This document shows positions 29,828-41,450 of a stretch of DNA of 64,000 bases, piece after piece (the first letter of the stretch is position 1; the number at the start of each line of letters is the position of its first letter). Below the pieces are notes generated by a model. That model searched no databases. It worked only from the letters and a program-made list of their open reading frames with translations, and had not been told where the DNA came from. Location: NCBI GenBank assembly GCA_963761825.1, contig CAVXIH010000009.1, positions 542,632 through 606,631 of the forward strand, read 5' to 3'. The translations under genes and the position numbers were made by a program. The DNA is from an uncultured Acidobacteriota bacterium (GTDB lineage: Bacteria > Acidobacteriota > UBA6911).

Positions 29828-30397
29828 ATGCTCAAACAAATTATCCCGGCACTTCGAATCGCCCTGGCAATGACCATACTCACCGGACTTCTCTACTCCG
29901 GAGTCGTCACCGGGCTTTGCCAAATTCTTTTCCGTCAAAAGGCGAACGGAAGCCTGATTTCGAAGGACAATCGGGTTGTGGGGTCCAGTCTCATTGGCCA
30001 GAACTTCACCAGCCCCGGATACTTTCATTCGCGGCCGTCGGCAGCCGGCTATGATGCCTCGGCTTCAAGCGGATCGAATCTGGGACCTACGAGCAGAAAA
30101 TTGATCGATCGCGTGAAAAGGGATATTGAAAGTTTCCGCAAGGAGAATCCAGAGTATCGTGGACCGATCCCCGCGGATCTGACAACATCTTCAGGAAGCG
30201 GCCTGGATCCGCATATCAGCCCTGCTTCAGCCCATGCACAGGCCGCCAGAGTGGCGAACGCCCGAGGCGTAGCAACAGCCCAAATCGAGAAACTCATCGA
30301 GCAGTTCACTGAAGACCCATCGCTTGGATTCATCGGCGAGCCGAGGGTAAATGTTCTTGAGCTCAATCTGGCTTTGAATCGATTTGTCCCTCAATGA
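29828..30397 (+). CDS. kdpC: KdpC, K+-transporting ATPase subunit C
   Basis: [27 protein letters not shown]...[21 protein letters not shown]. Confidence 0.8.
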   Translation: MLKQIIPALRIALAMTILTGLLYSGVVTGLCQILFRQKANGSLISKDNRVVGSSLIGQNFTSPGYFHSRPSAAGYDASASSGSNLGPTSRKLIDRVKRDIESFRKENPEYRGPIPADLTTSSGSGLDPHISPASAHAQAARVANARGVATAQIEKLIEQFTEDPSLGFIGEPRVNVLELNLALNRFVPQ

Positions 30398-30438
30398 GAC
30401 ATCGAGTCTTCAGGCCCTAAGCGTATACTGGTGATATT

Positions 30439-31524
30439 ATGAGTCGTGAAATCCGCCGCAAAACGCCGGATGAACTCCTGCGCGAAATCCAGGCCGAACA
30501 GGCGGGCTCCAGGGGACATCTCAAGATATTCCTGGGTTATGCGTCCGGTGTGGGCAAATCCTCCCGAATGCTCGATGAGGCGCGCCGGCGCCGTGATCGA
30601 GGACAAGATGTGGTCATCGGCGCAATCCAGCCTGTCGTACCTCCCGAAGTCGCGAGACTACTTCCGGGCATTGAAATTTTTCCCCTGAAGCAATGCCAAT
30701 TCGGCGCCACGGCCATCGATGTCGAGTCCATCCTCCGCCGGCGTCCGGCCGTTTGCATCATCGACGGCCTTGCCTATAGCAACCCCCCGGGATTGCGGAA
30801 TCAGACGCGATGGCAGGATGCCCAGGATCTGGTACGCGCAGGGATGAAGGTGATCGGATCCATCAACATCCAATATATCGAGGAGTTGCGGGAGCAGACA
30901 GAGAGCATTACCGGCAAACATGTAACGGAGACTGTCCCGGTTTCGTTTATTAACAGCGCAGACGAGATTGAAATCGTGGATGCCCCGGAGGAAGAACCGA
31001 TGGAGCGTTCGACAGAACAGCAACTGGATGCCGAAAAACGCCGGGAACGGCTGTCCACGTTGCGCGAGATGGCATTGGTACTGGCGGCCGATGTAGTGGA
31101 CCATCAGTTAAGCAGTTATCTCGAAATGCACGGCATAACGCATCATTTCGGGGCACAGGAAAGAATTCTCGTGTATCTCACGCCCCGCTCCAACTCGCAC
31201 GCGATGATCAAGAGCGCCGCCACGATCGCAGATAGCTTTCACGCACAAATGACAGCTGTCTATGTCAAGAAGCGCGGTCTCTCGGTCGGAGACGAGGCAG
31301 AATTGCAGGACAGCCTGGCATTGGCCCGATCAGCGGGAGCAGTTACCGAAATTCTGGATAGCGAAGATCCGGTGGATACGCTCCTGGACTTTGCGCGGGT
31401 GCACGGCATAACGCAGTTATTCATTGGCCACACTCAGAGATCGAAAGGCTGGAACCGGCATGATCCGGTGCGTCAGCTGATCCGCCGGTCTCAGGGCATG
31501 GACATACGCATCTTCCCTCAATAG
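30439..31524 (+). CDS. stand-alone KdpD N-terminal sensor protein (KdpD domain + Usp domain), paralog 1
   Basis: GHLKIFLGYASGVGKSSRML...QDVVIG...IDGLAY matches the KdpD N-terminal (PF02702-like) region, followed by a Usp-like half. No kinase domain. Confidence 0.7.
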   Translation: MSREIRRKTPDELLREIQAEQAGSRGHLKIFLGYASGVGKSSRMLDEARRRRDRGQDVVIGAIQPVVPPEVARLLPGIEIFPLKQCQFGATAIDVESILRRRPAVCIIDGLAYSNPPGLRNQTRWQDAQDLVRAGMKVIGSINIQYIEELREQTESITGKHVTETVPVSFINSADEIEIVDAPEEEPMERSTEQQLDAEKRRERLSTLREMALVLAADVVDHQLSSYLEMHGITHHFGAQERILVYLTPRSNSHAMIKSAATIADSFHAQMTAVYVKKRGLSVGDEAELQDSLALARSAGAVTEILDSEDPVDTLLDFARVHGITQLFIGHTQRSKGWNRHDPVRQLIRRSQGMDIRIFPQ

Positions 31525-31526
31525 AT

Positions 31527-32648
31527 ATGGCGGAAAAGGCGCGCGGAAAATTGAAGTTGTACATGGGCTATGCCGCCGGTGTCGGCAAGACCTATAAGAT
31601 GCTGGAAGAAGCTCAGACGCTAAAAGCTCAAGGGATGGACATCGCCATCGGCTATTTCGAGCCGCACGGCCGCAAGGATACAATCGAAAAAACAGAAGGC
31701 CTGGAGATGATACCGCGGGCAAAGATCCGGTATCGCGACTTAACGTTTGAGGAAATGGACACAGACGCCATTTTAGCCAGGCATCCTCAGATATGCCTGG
31801 TCGACGAATTCGCACATACCAACGTCCCGGGTTCGCCTCGTGTAAAGCGATGGGAAGACGTCGAGATTCTTCAGAGCGCGGGAATTGATGTTTGCACCAC
31901 TATGAATATCCAGCATTTGGAAAGTCTGAATGATCAGATTTGGCAAATAGCCGGGATTCGAGTGCGAGAAACAGTCCCTGATTGGGTAGCGCAAAAGGCG
32001 GACGAGATTGTCGTCATCGATCTATCCCCACGCTCTCTGATTCACCGTCTCCAACGGGGAGTCATTTACGATCAGGAAAAGATAGAACCGGCGCTCAAAA
32101 ACTTCTTCAGGGAATCTTCGTTGGCGGCGTTGCGGGAACTGGCGTTGCGGGAAACGGCCCGTGAAATAGAGCAGCGGGATGTTCAGAACGAATCCAGACT
32201 TACGGTTGAAGACGGCGAGAGCCGGCGCAGTCGCCACAAAATCCTGATTTTGGCAACGGCCGATCCTGAAACCGCAATGCTTATCCGCCGAGCCAAGCGT
32301 GTCGGAGATTTTCTCGGCGCCGAATGTTTCGCGGCCGCGGTACAGCCTTCGGGCGACTTGAGACGGATGCCTGAAGAAAAGCGGGAAATGATCGAACGGC
32401 ATCTGAATTTTGCGCGTAATATGCGCATCGAAACGCGGATACTCGAGGGAAACGATACGGCACAATCCTTGGTTGAGTTTGCGCGCCGCAATCAGATCAC
32501 CCAGATCTTTCTTGCACGACCCCGCAAGCAGTCGTGGATTCGGCTGGATTCATACCGGCTGCTGCAAAAAATCGTGAGCCTCGCCACAGATATGCAGATC
32601 GTCATAGTATCGGAAAGAACACCGATCCCGGACCCCACGCAACAGTAG
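31527..32648 (+). CDS. stand-alone KdpD N-terminal sensor protein, paralog 2
   Basis: GKLKLYMGYAAGVGKTYKML...MDIAIGYFEPHGR...VDEFAHTN plus Usp-like C-terminal half. Confidence 0.7.
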   Translation: MAEKARGKLKLYMGYAAGVGKTYKMLEEAQTLKAQGMDIAIGYFEPHGRKDTIEKTEGLEMIPRAKIRYRDLTFEEMDTDAILARHPQICLVDEFAHTNVPGSPRVKRWEDVEILQSAGIDVCTTMNIQHLESLNDQIWQIAGIRVRETVPDWVAQKADEIVVIDLSPRSLIHRLQRGVIYDQEKIEPALKNFFRESSLAALRELALRETAREIEQRDVQNESRLTVEDGESRRSRHKILILATADPETAMLIRRAKRVGDFLGAECFAAAVQPSGDLRRMPEEKREMIERHLNFARNMRIETRILEGNDTAQSLVEFARRNQITQIFLARPRKQSWIRLDSYRLLQKIVSLATDMQIVIVSERTPIPDPTQQ

Positions 32649-32751
32649 AAAGCTTTTGATCGAAGCCTGTCGCGATCGAAAACTCTTAAGGAGTTTTGGG
32701 CAATGGGCTATACTGGGCGCACAGCAAGCCAACTCGGGGAGGGAAAGCATC

Positions 32752-33675
32752 ATGAAAAGAGGAATCGTCGCGGCCATAGCACTAATTTCCGTAATGACCG
32801 GCTCGGCTTTCGCGCAAGGCACATGCGACCGGGCATGCCTGCAGGGCTTTGTCGACCAGTACCTCAAGGCGATCGTGGCGCACGATCCGTCCCGCCTGCC
32901 GCTGGCCAGGAATGCGCGCTATACCGAAAACGGCCAGACGCTGAAAATGAACGACGGCATGTGGCGCGTCGCCACGGCCGTCGGCGATAAGAATCTTTAT
33001 TTTGCGGATCCTCGATCAGGCCAGGTGGCGTGGCGCGGAATTATTGAAGAAAATGGCCACAAGCAGATCGTGATGCTGCGGCTCAAAATCGAGAACCGCA
33101 CAATCAGCGAAATGGAAGCCATCATCTGCCGCGAGGGAGGCGCCCTGCACAATCCGAAGGGATTGACGGATCACCCGATTTTTGCCGAAGCGCTGCAGCC
33201 CGACGACCGGCCTTCCCGCCAGGAACTAACCGCAATTGCCAACTCCTACTTCGAGGGCCTGGAACAGGTCACCGGCAAGATCACGCCGTTTGACCCCAAC
33301 TGCACGCGCATGGAAAACGGCACTGTCACCGCCAATAATCCGGAATCGAAAGATCACGGCCGCATGAGCTGCGGGGATCAGTTCAACATACCGGGATTTT
33401 CCGCGGTGATCACAAAAGTGCGCGAACGGCGATTCCCCGTCGTGGATGAAGAACGCGGTCTTGTCTATGCCCTCGTCTTTTTCGATCACGCCGGCATCCC
33501 GGAGGTGAAATTGCCCGACGGCACCGTGCGCAAAATAAACATGCCACCCTTTGATGCGCCGTTTACTTTCATGATCGGGGAACTGTTCAAGATCCGGAAC
33601 AAGAAGATTACACGCGTGGAAGCCGTGCTGCTTTCCGTCCCTTACGGCATGCCCTCCGGCTGGAGCACACGTTAG
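32752..33675 (+). CDS. secreted hypothetical protein
   Basis: Signal peptide MKRGIVAAIALISVMTGSAFAQG. No recognisable motifs. Confidence 0.4.
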   Translation: MKRGIVAAIALISVMTGSAFAQGTCDRACLQGFVDQYLKAIVAHDPSRLPLARNARYTENGQTLKMNDGMWRVATAVGDKNLYFADPRSGQVAWRGIIEENGHKQIVMLRLKIENRTISEMEAIICREGGALHNPKGLTDHPIFAEALQPDDRPSRQELTAIANSYFEGLEQVTGKITPFDPNCTRMENGTVTANNPESKDHGRMSCGDQFNIPGFSAVITKVRERRFPVVDEERGLVYALVFFDHAGIPEVKLPDGTVRKINMPPFDAPFTFMIGELFKIRNKKITRVEAVLLSVPYGMPSGWSTR

Positions 33676-33776
33676 AGCCTCAAGTCTTGGAGTCTTTGAG
33701 TTCATTCAAAGAGCAAACGCCGATAAAAAGTGCTGTTCCCTCTGAAACTCTCCCGAAGCTCATCCGTAGAAACAGC

Positions 33777-34320
33777 ATGAATGCGATGTCGGAACGGCTG
33801 ATGGATACTGAACGGGATTTTGAAGATATCTATCAAGAGCATCACCGAAAGGTATTCAACCTCTGCGCCTATCTGCTGAACTCTCATAATGCGGCCGAGG
33901 ATGCGGCTCACGAGGTCCTTATGCGCGCCCAGCGCAGAATAGGACACCTACGATCCCGCACTCCCTTTTTCAAGCTGGATTCTGAAGGTAGCAAGCAACT
34001 ACTGCGTTGACATTCTGAGACGGCGCGGATTGGAGAAGCGGCTGTTTGGAGTTGACAGTTCAGAATCTCTGGCCCTTTCGTCGGGCAAGCCGGGGCCGCT
34101 GGCCCAGATGCTTTCAGCCGAGCAGGGCAAGACCGTTCGGCAAGCCCTGGGATCTTTGCCGGACAGGTTTCGCGTCCCGCTCGTGCTGGCCTATTACAAC
34201 GAGTATAGCTATGACCAGATTGCCGCTGTCATGCGCATCCCCAGAAATACGGTAGCCACGTTGCTCTTCCGCGGAAAGCAGCATGCTGCGAGAGAAACTC
34301 AGGAAGGAGAAACACTATGA
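33777..34320 (+). CDS. ECF-type RNA polymerase sigma factor (sigma-70 family), one frameshift
   Basis: Region-2-like FEDIYQEHHRKVFNLCAYLL and region-4 PDRFRVPLVLAYYNEYSYDQIAAVMRIPRNTVATLLFRGK, in two frames that join at about 34000. Confidence 0.65.
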
Positions 34321-35953
34321 AATGCCCTAACGAATTTATTCTATCTCAATACGCCGATTGCGAGTTGTCGGAAAGCGAAAACAGGGAATTGGCAGCGCAT
34401 CTGGAAGCTTGCCTCGTTTGCCGAGAACAGGTGGCGGACCTGAAAGCCGAAAACCGGCTGTTGGTTGAGAGCGTGCAGGGCATCGATTTGTGTGATCCGC
34501 ACGAGAGGCCGTCCAACCGCAGCAACCGGAGTTTACAGGCATGGACCGCGTGGCCGCTGTTTCTATCGTCGCAGCGATCTTATTGCGCGTGGGCATCGGA
34601 TTTGTTCGGGATGTGGAGCTTCCTTCAGCACTGCAGTGGCTGCAGCCGTGGAGCTTGTCGGGGCTATTAAATTGGATTGCGAATGGATTGTTTTACATCG
34701 TCGAAGAAGGGGGAAACATCATGACATCTCTTATCGAAACAACGGGCTTTGTTATTCTGGGATTCCTGATCCTGGGGGCCGCGATTGCCGTAACTCGCCG
34801 CGCAATACGAACAAAGGCCGTCCTGGGATTGATTTCCTTAGTGTTTGTTTTCGCAGTACCCGGCTATGCCCTCGATGTCCGAAAAGCGGAAAAGGGAACA
34901 GGTGGTGAGGTATCGGTTGCGGCTAACGAAACAGTAGATGATACGATGGTGGTTTTTGCGGACTCCGTCAGAATAAGCGGAACGATCACAGGCGATCTTA
35001 TTGTCTTTGCACGGAATGTCGACATCCAGGGAACGGTTCAAGGAAATGTGATTGGCTTCGGTCAGAGAATCGAAATCTCCGGAAACGTCGGCGGCGACAT
35101 TTTCGCGTTTGGGCAATCCATCCGGACGGACGGGCAGATAGGACAGAACCTCTGGGGATTCGGTCAGACAGTGACTGTCGGTAAAGATGCCCGACTGAAC
35201 CATGACGCAGCGATCTTCGCAACCAACTCTTATATAAACGGCGATATAAGTCGCGATGGCATGATCCGTTCAGGGACACTGGATGTCGGAGGAAGAATCG
35301 GGCGCGACCTTAGCTATGCGGGCGGCACACTTTTGATTCACGCCCCTTCGGTGATCGGCCGCAATCTGGATAGCATGACGAAGTCCGAAAAAGAGGTGAA
35401 AATCGATCCGGGGGTAACCATCGGAGGCAAAAAAAAGCTGGAATTCTTTAAAACCCAGCCAAGCCAATACCGCACATTCAGCTTCTACACCAAGCAGGCA
35501 CTTCGAATCGGCGCTGCATTTTTCATGGGATTGTTGCTGTGCTGGATAATTCCCGGAATGAGGCGTATTTCACTCTCAACCGGCCGCGCGCTGTTGACTT
35601 CGGGCGGAATCGGTTTTCTGGCTGCAGTCGCGGCTCCCATCGCAGCCATAATACTGGCGATAACGCTGATCGGCATTCCGGTCGCATTGCTTCTTGTCGT
35701 TTTATGGTTACTGGGTCTTTATCTGGCCAAGATTGTCGTCGCAAAATGTATCGGCAGCGCAATCCTGGGATCGAAAAGCAACGGATTATCCTCCACTCTT
35801 CTGCCGCTTCTCCTCGGACTTGTCATCGTCATTATTGCCGTAAATCTGCCGTATATAGGAGGCGTGCTTAATTTTCTTCTGATGATTACAGGCCTGGGTG
35901 CCCTGGTGTTAGCTATTTACCGTATGCGGCCAGCCGCGGCCTCTCAAGATTAG
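34317..35953 (+). CDS. anti-sigma factor (zf-HC2 N-terminus) fused to bactofilin-like beta-helical repeats and C-terminal TM helices; probable frameshift at about 34540-34670
   Basis: CELSESENRELAAHLEACLVC zinc finger. Repeats ISGTITGDLIVFARNVDIQGTVQGNVIGFGQRIEISGNV. 4-5 C-terminal TM helices. Translationally coupled to the ECF sigma gene. Confidence 0.55.
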
Positions 35954-35980
35954 ACTTTTCCTCACGCGCAAGCTGAAAAA

Positions 35981-36033
35981 GCAGCCGCAAATCACACAAG
36001 TTAAAATTCATGTGATTTGCGGCTGTTTTGCGT
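35981..36033. terminator. bidirectional rho-independent terminator
   Basis: 15-bp stem cagccgcaaatcaca/tgtgatttgcggctg with T-runs on both strands, between the convergent anti-sigma and tyrS genes. Confidence 0.6.
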
Positions 36034-36075
36034 TTATGCATTGCGGAAATAGAGGCTGAAAGCTGATAGCAAAAC

Positions 36076-37347
36076 TCAGTGGCCGATGCGTACGAGCCAG
36101 TAATTCTTCCTGCCGCGGCGCAGCACCATGAATTGATTGTCGATCGCGTCTGCCAGCGTGGCCTTGAGCGCAACATCGGAAACGCGGCGGTTGTTCAAAT
36201 AGATGCCGCCGGCCTCAATCGCTCGGCGCGCCTCTCCTTTGGAGGCGAAAACGCTGCACTCAAGCAGCAAATCCCCGATCGGCAGGCCATCACCCTGCAG
36301 CTTTTCCCTTGAAATCTCGCACGAAGGAACGTCGGCAAAAATGTCGTCAACCTCGGCGGCCGACAATCCCGCGATTTCTCCTCCGAACAGAACCTGTGTC
36401 GCCTGTTCGGCCTTCTGCAGCGCCGTCTCATCGTGGACCATGCGCGTCATCTCGTTTGCCAGGCGCCGCTGCGCTTCCCGCTGCTCGGGCCGCTGCGCGA
36501 CGGCCTCCTCCAGTTCACGAACATCCGGCTCGCCAAGCCAGGTGAAAAACTTCAGGTAGTTGACGACATCGCGGTCCTCCGTATTGAGCCAGAACTGGTA
36601 AAAGCGATACGGAGACGTCCGCTGGGGTGCAAGCCATACCGAGCCCGATTCGGTTTTGCCGAACTTCGTGCCGTCGGCCTTGGTGATAAGCGGATACACC
36701 AGGGCTCCGGCGGACTTCCCTCTCACGCGGCGGATCAACTCAACGCCTGCCGTGATATTGCCCCACTGATCGCTCCCGCCCGTCTGAAGCGTGCAGTTGA
36801 AGTGATCGTGCAGATGCAGAAAATCGTACGACTGCAGCAGCATGTAGCAGAACTCGGTGAAGGAGATGCCGTCCTCGCGGTCGAGCCGCATCTTCACCGA
36901 CTCTTTGTTGATCATGTAATTCACCGTGAAGTGCTTGCCGATGTCGCGCAAAAAATCGACCAGGTTCAGAGACAGGAGCCAGTCCGCGTTGTTCACAAGG
37001 CGCGCCGGATTCGTTTTGGTTTCAAAATCGAGAAAATGCGCAAGCTGCTGCTTGACGGTCGCGATGTTGGCTTCTATGGCCTCGCGCGACAGCAGCTGGC
37101 GCTCTGCAGTTTTGCCGCTGGGATCGCCGATCATGCTCGTGCCGCCGCCCGCAACCGCGATGGGAATATGCCCGAATCGCTGCAGGCGGGCCAGCGCCAT
37201 CAACGGGACCATGTGCCCGACATGCAGGCTGTCGGCAGTTGCATCAAAACCGTTGTAAACCGCCACAGGCCCGTCGCACCAGCATCTCCGGCACACTTTC
37301 CGTATTGTCGTAGACCAGCCCTCTCCATTTCAGTTCGTCGTAAGCAT
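36076..37347 (-). CDS. tyrS: tyrosyl-tRNA synthetase (N-terminal frameshift at about 37270)
   Basis: HVGHMVPL (HIGH), KFGKTESG (KMSKS) and C-terminal S4 domain. True N-terminus [21 protein letters not shown] is in another frame from 37347. Confidence 0.8.
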
Positions 37348-37527
37348 TGTTCCCCATCTGTCGCTCCTTGCTCCTTTTTCATGCGAAAACATACCGAATT
37401 TGGATTGCGGCTGCTAGTATAGCAGCTGTCGGCCGTCAGCCGTCAGCTGTCAGCAATATTTTTATGAGGGAAAACAGTCCAAAATATAACGCCGACTAAC
37501 GACTGCCGACCCAAAAGAGAGGTTCTT

Positions 37528-38412
37528 ATGAGACGGACAATCCTGACCATTATCGCATCGATTCTATGCCTGGCTGCGGCACTGCAGGCGCAGCAGCCTC
37601 AAGCCAAATTCACACTCACGCCGGTCGCCGGGCAGATTTACCTGCTTCAGGGCGACGGTGGAAATATCGGCGTCCTGGCGGATCCTGGCGGCGTGCTCAT
37701 GATCGACTCCATGTATCAGCGCTCTGCTCCATCCATCCGCGAGGCGATCAAGTCGCTTCCCGGCGGAGACAAAGTGCGATTTCTGATCAACACCCATTGG
37801 CACAGCGATCATACGGAGGGCAACATCGCTTTTGGCCCGGGAGCAACTATTGTCGCACACGAGAATGTCCGCGCTCTCCTCGCAAAGCCTCAAGCCCTGT
37901 TAGGCCAGCAATCCAATGCCTATCCCGCCGGCGCCTTGCCTTCCGTAACCTATTCCAACACTATGACGCTCTACGTGGGAAACGAACCGGTCCGGCTGGT
38001 GCACTATCCGAATGCCCATTCCAACGGAGACACGGTTGTGTTCTTCGACAAATCAAAAGTCATGCAGACGGGAGACATGTTTTTTCAGGGCATGTTCCCA
38101 TTTATGGATGTGGACAATGGCGGAAACATAGAAAATTGGATTCGGCAACTTGACACGATCATAGCCGGCGTTCCCGCCGATATAAAAATCATTCCGGGGC
38201 ACGGACCGCTGTCGGGCGTCGCGGAACTCAAGGCTTTTCGCCAGATGCTCTTCGACTCCGCCGACATCGTGCGCAAACAGATGAAGGAAGGGAAAACACT
38301 GGAACAGATCAAAGCGGCGGGACTACCCGAAAGATTCGCCCCGTGGACCAAGGGCTTCTTTACCACCCCTCAATGGCTGGAATTGGTCCATCGCAGCCTC
38401 GAGAAAAAATAG
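37528..38412 (+). CDS. MBL-fold metallo-hydrolase, secreted
   Basis: Signal peptide. HWHSDH metal-binding motif. Confidence 0.7.
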   Translation: MRRTILTIIASILCLAAALQAQQPQAKFTLTPVAGQIYLLQGDGGNIGVLADPGGVLMIDSMYQRSAPSIREAIKSLPGGDKVRFLINTHWHSDHTEGNIAFGPGATIVAHENVRALLAKPQALLGQQSNAYPAGALPSVTYSNTMTLYVGNEPVRLVHYPNAHSNGDTVVFFDKSKVMQTGDMFFQGMFPFMDVDNGGNIENWIRQLDTIIAGVPADIKIIPGHGPLSGVAELKAFRQMLFDSADIVRKQMKEGKTLEQIKAAGLPERFAPWTKGFFTTPQWLELVHRSLEKK

Positions 38413-38432
38413 ACCGTAGGCAAACCGGCTAA

Positions 38433-39231
38433 TTAGAGCGCGCCGGACAGGTTGAACATTGAACTTACGGCGGCGGCGATCACGGCATAGATTGCATACC
38501 CGAGCACCAGCCAGGAAGCGGCGGTGCCGGTCTTCAGTTTCTTTGACACAACCGAATAGCCGATCGCGAGAAGGACAATCTTCCAGATTGCAAAAGCGTC
38601 AACAGCGTTAGCCAGACCGATCACAAATTTTGGCAGCGCATCATCTCCCATAATGCTCGTGAGTATCGCGCCCAGGCTCGAAGCCACGACCGACCCCATA
38701 TGCGCGAGATCCACTTCTCCCGGGCCCTTTAGCTGCATGATCAGAATCGTCAATCCGGATTGTATAACCGATATGGCAATCAAAACATAAAGGGTAACCG
38801 ACAGGAGAGGCTTAAACCTGCTCTCGGCGCCGGAAAAAACACTCACAAGCTTGGCATATCCGGCGATAACCAGGGCCAGCAAAAGGGATGAAATCATGCT
38901 CCCCAGAATCAATTGAATCCCGGCGAACTTCGACATCATCGCCAACTGCTGATCCATCTGCTGCTGGGTGATGCTGCCCTGTTGCACCGCGCTTTCCAAT
39001 TGAGATGCCAGCATGGACTCCACATCCAGGTTTTTTGACTAAATAAAAGCCAACCAGCAGGCCAATGATGATCAGAATTACCATCGGCACCAAAACCCTG
39101 GGCGCACGGCCGATTTCCCCGAAAGCGTCGCGGGGGGACGCATACACTCCTCCAATGCGGCTGAAAAAACTTCTCGGCTTGGGCGCTTCTTCCATTTCAG
39201 ACATGGATTCATTTGCGGATTCCGGTTCCAT
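38433..39231 (-). CDS. Yip1-family integral membrane protein (one frameshift)
   Basis: MEPESANE N-terminus in the 38812-39285 frame joins the 5-TM body in the 38433-39023 frame. Confidence 0.5.
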
Positions 39232-39337
39232 GGATCCTCCTCGGTTAAAAAAATGGGGATGAAAATCGATATAAGTATACAGCAAATTATGCTTTGAAGT
39301 TTGTAGTAGTTTGCGTGGCTACAGTCTAAAAAGCATT

Positions 39338-39403
39338 GGCCACAGATTCCACTGATTTCACAGATTATATTTTTTTTCTGTGAAATCAGTGAAATCTGTG
39401 GCC
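39338..39403. terminator. rho-independent terminator hairpin
   Basis: ggccacagattccactgatttcacag / ctgtgaaatcagtgaaatctgtggcc with a T8 run, downstream of typA. Confidence 0.6.
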
Positions 39404-39412
39404 TCCTTTTTA

Positions 39413-41206
39413 TTACCGTTGGTGAACCGAGAGCGCTTTTTTGCGGAGGCGGATGGATTTTGGGGTTACTTCGACCAGTTCATCGTCATTAATGATTTCG
39501 AGCGCCTGTTCGAGAGAAAGATCCCTGAACGGCACGAGCCGGATTGCCTCGTCGGCACTTGAGGCTCGCATATTGGTCTGCTTTTTCTCTTTGGTTACAT
39601 TGACATCCAGATCGACGGCCCGCGCGTTTTCCCCGATAATCATCCCTTCATAGACTTCGGTTCCCGGACGGACAAAGAGCTCTCCGCGTTCCTGAAGATT
39701 GTACAGCGCATAGCTGGTAGTCGATCCCGCTCTGTCCGCTACCATGGCCCCGGTCAACCTGTTGGTTATATCCCCTGCCCAGGCCCCCCAGCGCAAAAAC
39801 ATGGAGTTCAACAATCCCGTCCCTTTTGTGCTGGTCAAAAACTCGGAGCGAAATCCGATCAGGCCTCTCGAAGGAACTTCAAAATCCATCCGAACGCGAC
39901 CCGCGCCATGATCCACAATCCTGGTCATCTTGCCCTTGCGTCGTCCCAAGGCTTCCGTAATAACACCGATGAAATTGTCAGGGCAATCGATGATAACCTG
40001 TTCAATCGGCTCCATGAGGTTTCCGTCAATGGTGCGTGTAATGACGTGCGGCTTGGAAACCTGCATTTCGAAATCCTCGCGGCGCATCATTTCAATCAGG
40101 ATGCCCAGCTGGAGCTCTCCGCGCCCGGAAACCTTGAAGCTGTCCATCTCGTCGGTCTCCTCAATGCGAATTGCCACATTGGCGAGCGCTTCCTTTTCGA
40201 GGCGCGCTCTGAGATGCCGCGAAGTCACATATTTCCCGTCCCGCCCGGACAAGGGAGAAGTATTGGGGTGAAAAATCATCGATATGGTCGGCTCGTCGAC
40301 CTGGATGGTCGGCAGCCGGATGGGATCTTCCTCATCCGCAACGGTTTCTCCTATGTAGATGCCTTCGATGCCGGCCAGGGCGATGATTTCGCCGGCGCTT
40401 GCTTCGGGGACGGGCTGCTGCTTCAATCCTTCAAACGTAAACAGCTTGGTAATCCGTGTCTTTTCGATGGAGCCGTCCAGTTTGCATACGGATACATTTT
40501 GTCCGACTGCCACTTTGCCGGAAAAAATCCTGCCAATCGCGATTCGCCCGACATAGTCGTTGTATTCGAGCGTGGTGACCAGGACCTGAAGCTTGTCGGG
40601 AAGGATCGGCTCCGGCGCCGGAATGGTTTCCAGGATCTGCTCGAACAGGGGCCGCAGGTCTTCTGAGCCATCGTTGAGTTCCTTTTTGGCAATCCCAAAT
40701 TTGCTGACCGCATACAGGATCGGGAAATTGATGAGGTCTTCGCCCGCATCCAGATCTATAAAGAGATCGTAGATCTCATTCACGACCTCCTGAGGCCGCG
40801 CGTCGGACCGGTCGATTTTGTTGACGACGACGATCGCAGGGAGCTTCTGCTCCAGCGCTTTTCGGAGCACGAACCGGGTCTGAGGCAGCGGGCCTTCCGA
40901 AGCATCCACCAGGAGCATCACGCCGTCGACCATTTTCAGCACGCGCTCGACTTCACCTCCGAAATCGGAATGACCCGGCGTATCCACGATATTGATTTTG
41001 ACCGACTTATAGTGGATGGCGGTGTTCTTTGCCATGATGGTGATGCCGCGCTCCCGCTCGAGGTCCATGTTGTCCATAACCCGTTCCGTCAATCGTTCGT
41101 TCTCGCGAAAGGTGCCGCTCTGTCTAAGCATGGCATCCACCAGCGTCGTCTTCCCGTGGTCGACGTGCGCGATGATGGCAATATTCCGAATATCTTCTCT
41201 TTTCAT
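39413..41206 (-). CDS. typA: TypA/BipA translational GTPase
   Basis: [28 protein letters not shown], and full EF-G-like domain order. 597 aa, intact. Confidence 0.9.
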   Translation of the reverse strand: MKREDIRNIAIIAHVDHGKTTLVDAMLRQSGTFRENERLTERVMDNMDLERERGITIMAKNTAIHYKSVKINIVDTPGHSDFGGEVERVLKMVDGVMLLVDASEGPLPQTRFVLRKALEQKLPAIVVVNKIDRSDARPQEVVNEIYDLFIDLDAGEDLINFPILYAVSKFGIAKKELNDGSEDLRPLFEQILETIPAPEPILPDKLQVLVTTLEYNDYVGRIAIGRIFSGKVAVGQNVSVCKLDGSIEKTRITKLFTFEGLKQQPVPEASAGEIIALAGIEGIYIGETVADEEDPIRLPTIQVDEPTISMIFHPNTSPLSGRDGKYVTSRHLRARLEKEALANVAIRIEETDEMDSFKVSGRGELQLGILIEMMRREDFEMQVSKPHVITRTIDGNLMEPIEQVIIDCPDNFIGVITEALGRRKGKMTRIVDHGAGRVRMDFEVPSRGLIGFRSEFLTSTKGTGLLNSMFLRWGAWAGDITNRLTGAMVADRAGSTTSYALYNLQERGELFVRPGTEVYEGMIIGENARAVDLDVNVTKEKKQTNMRASSADEAIRLVPFRDLSLEQALEIINDDELVEVTPKSIRLRKKALSVHQR

Positions 41207-41287
41207 GAATCCTCGTCAAAATGGAGTATAAACATACGCCCAATATGCCAATACTCCAAGGATGAAGGTGTATTTGCGGATGAGCGC

Positions 41288-41450
41288 CGACGTCAAGCCC
41301 ATCGGAATCGGTATCGGAATCGGTATCGGAATCGGGTATCGGGTATCGGTTTTGGTTTTCGGCCATCGAAAAGAAAAGCCGATTGCGATTGCGATTATCG
41401 ATACCGATTCCGATAGCGATAGCGATTCCGAAGCGATAAGGCACAGCCAT
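41288..41450. repeat. GATACCG-unit long imperfect hairpin repeat, copy B
   Basis: Left arm ggaatcggtatcggaatcggtatcggaatcgggtatcgggtatcgg, centre ttttggttttcggccatcgaaaagaaaagcc, right arm cgataccgattccgatagcgatagcgattccgaagcgat. Lies in the typA / hdrC divergent intergenic region. Confidence 0.55.
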
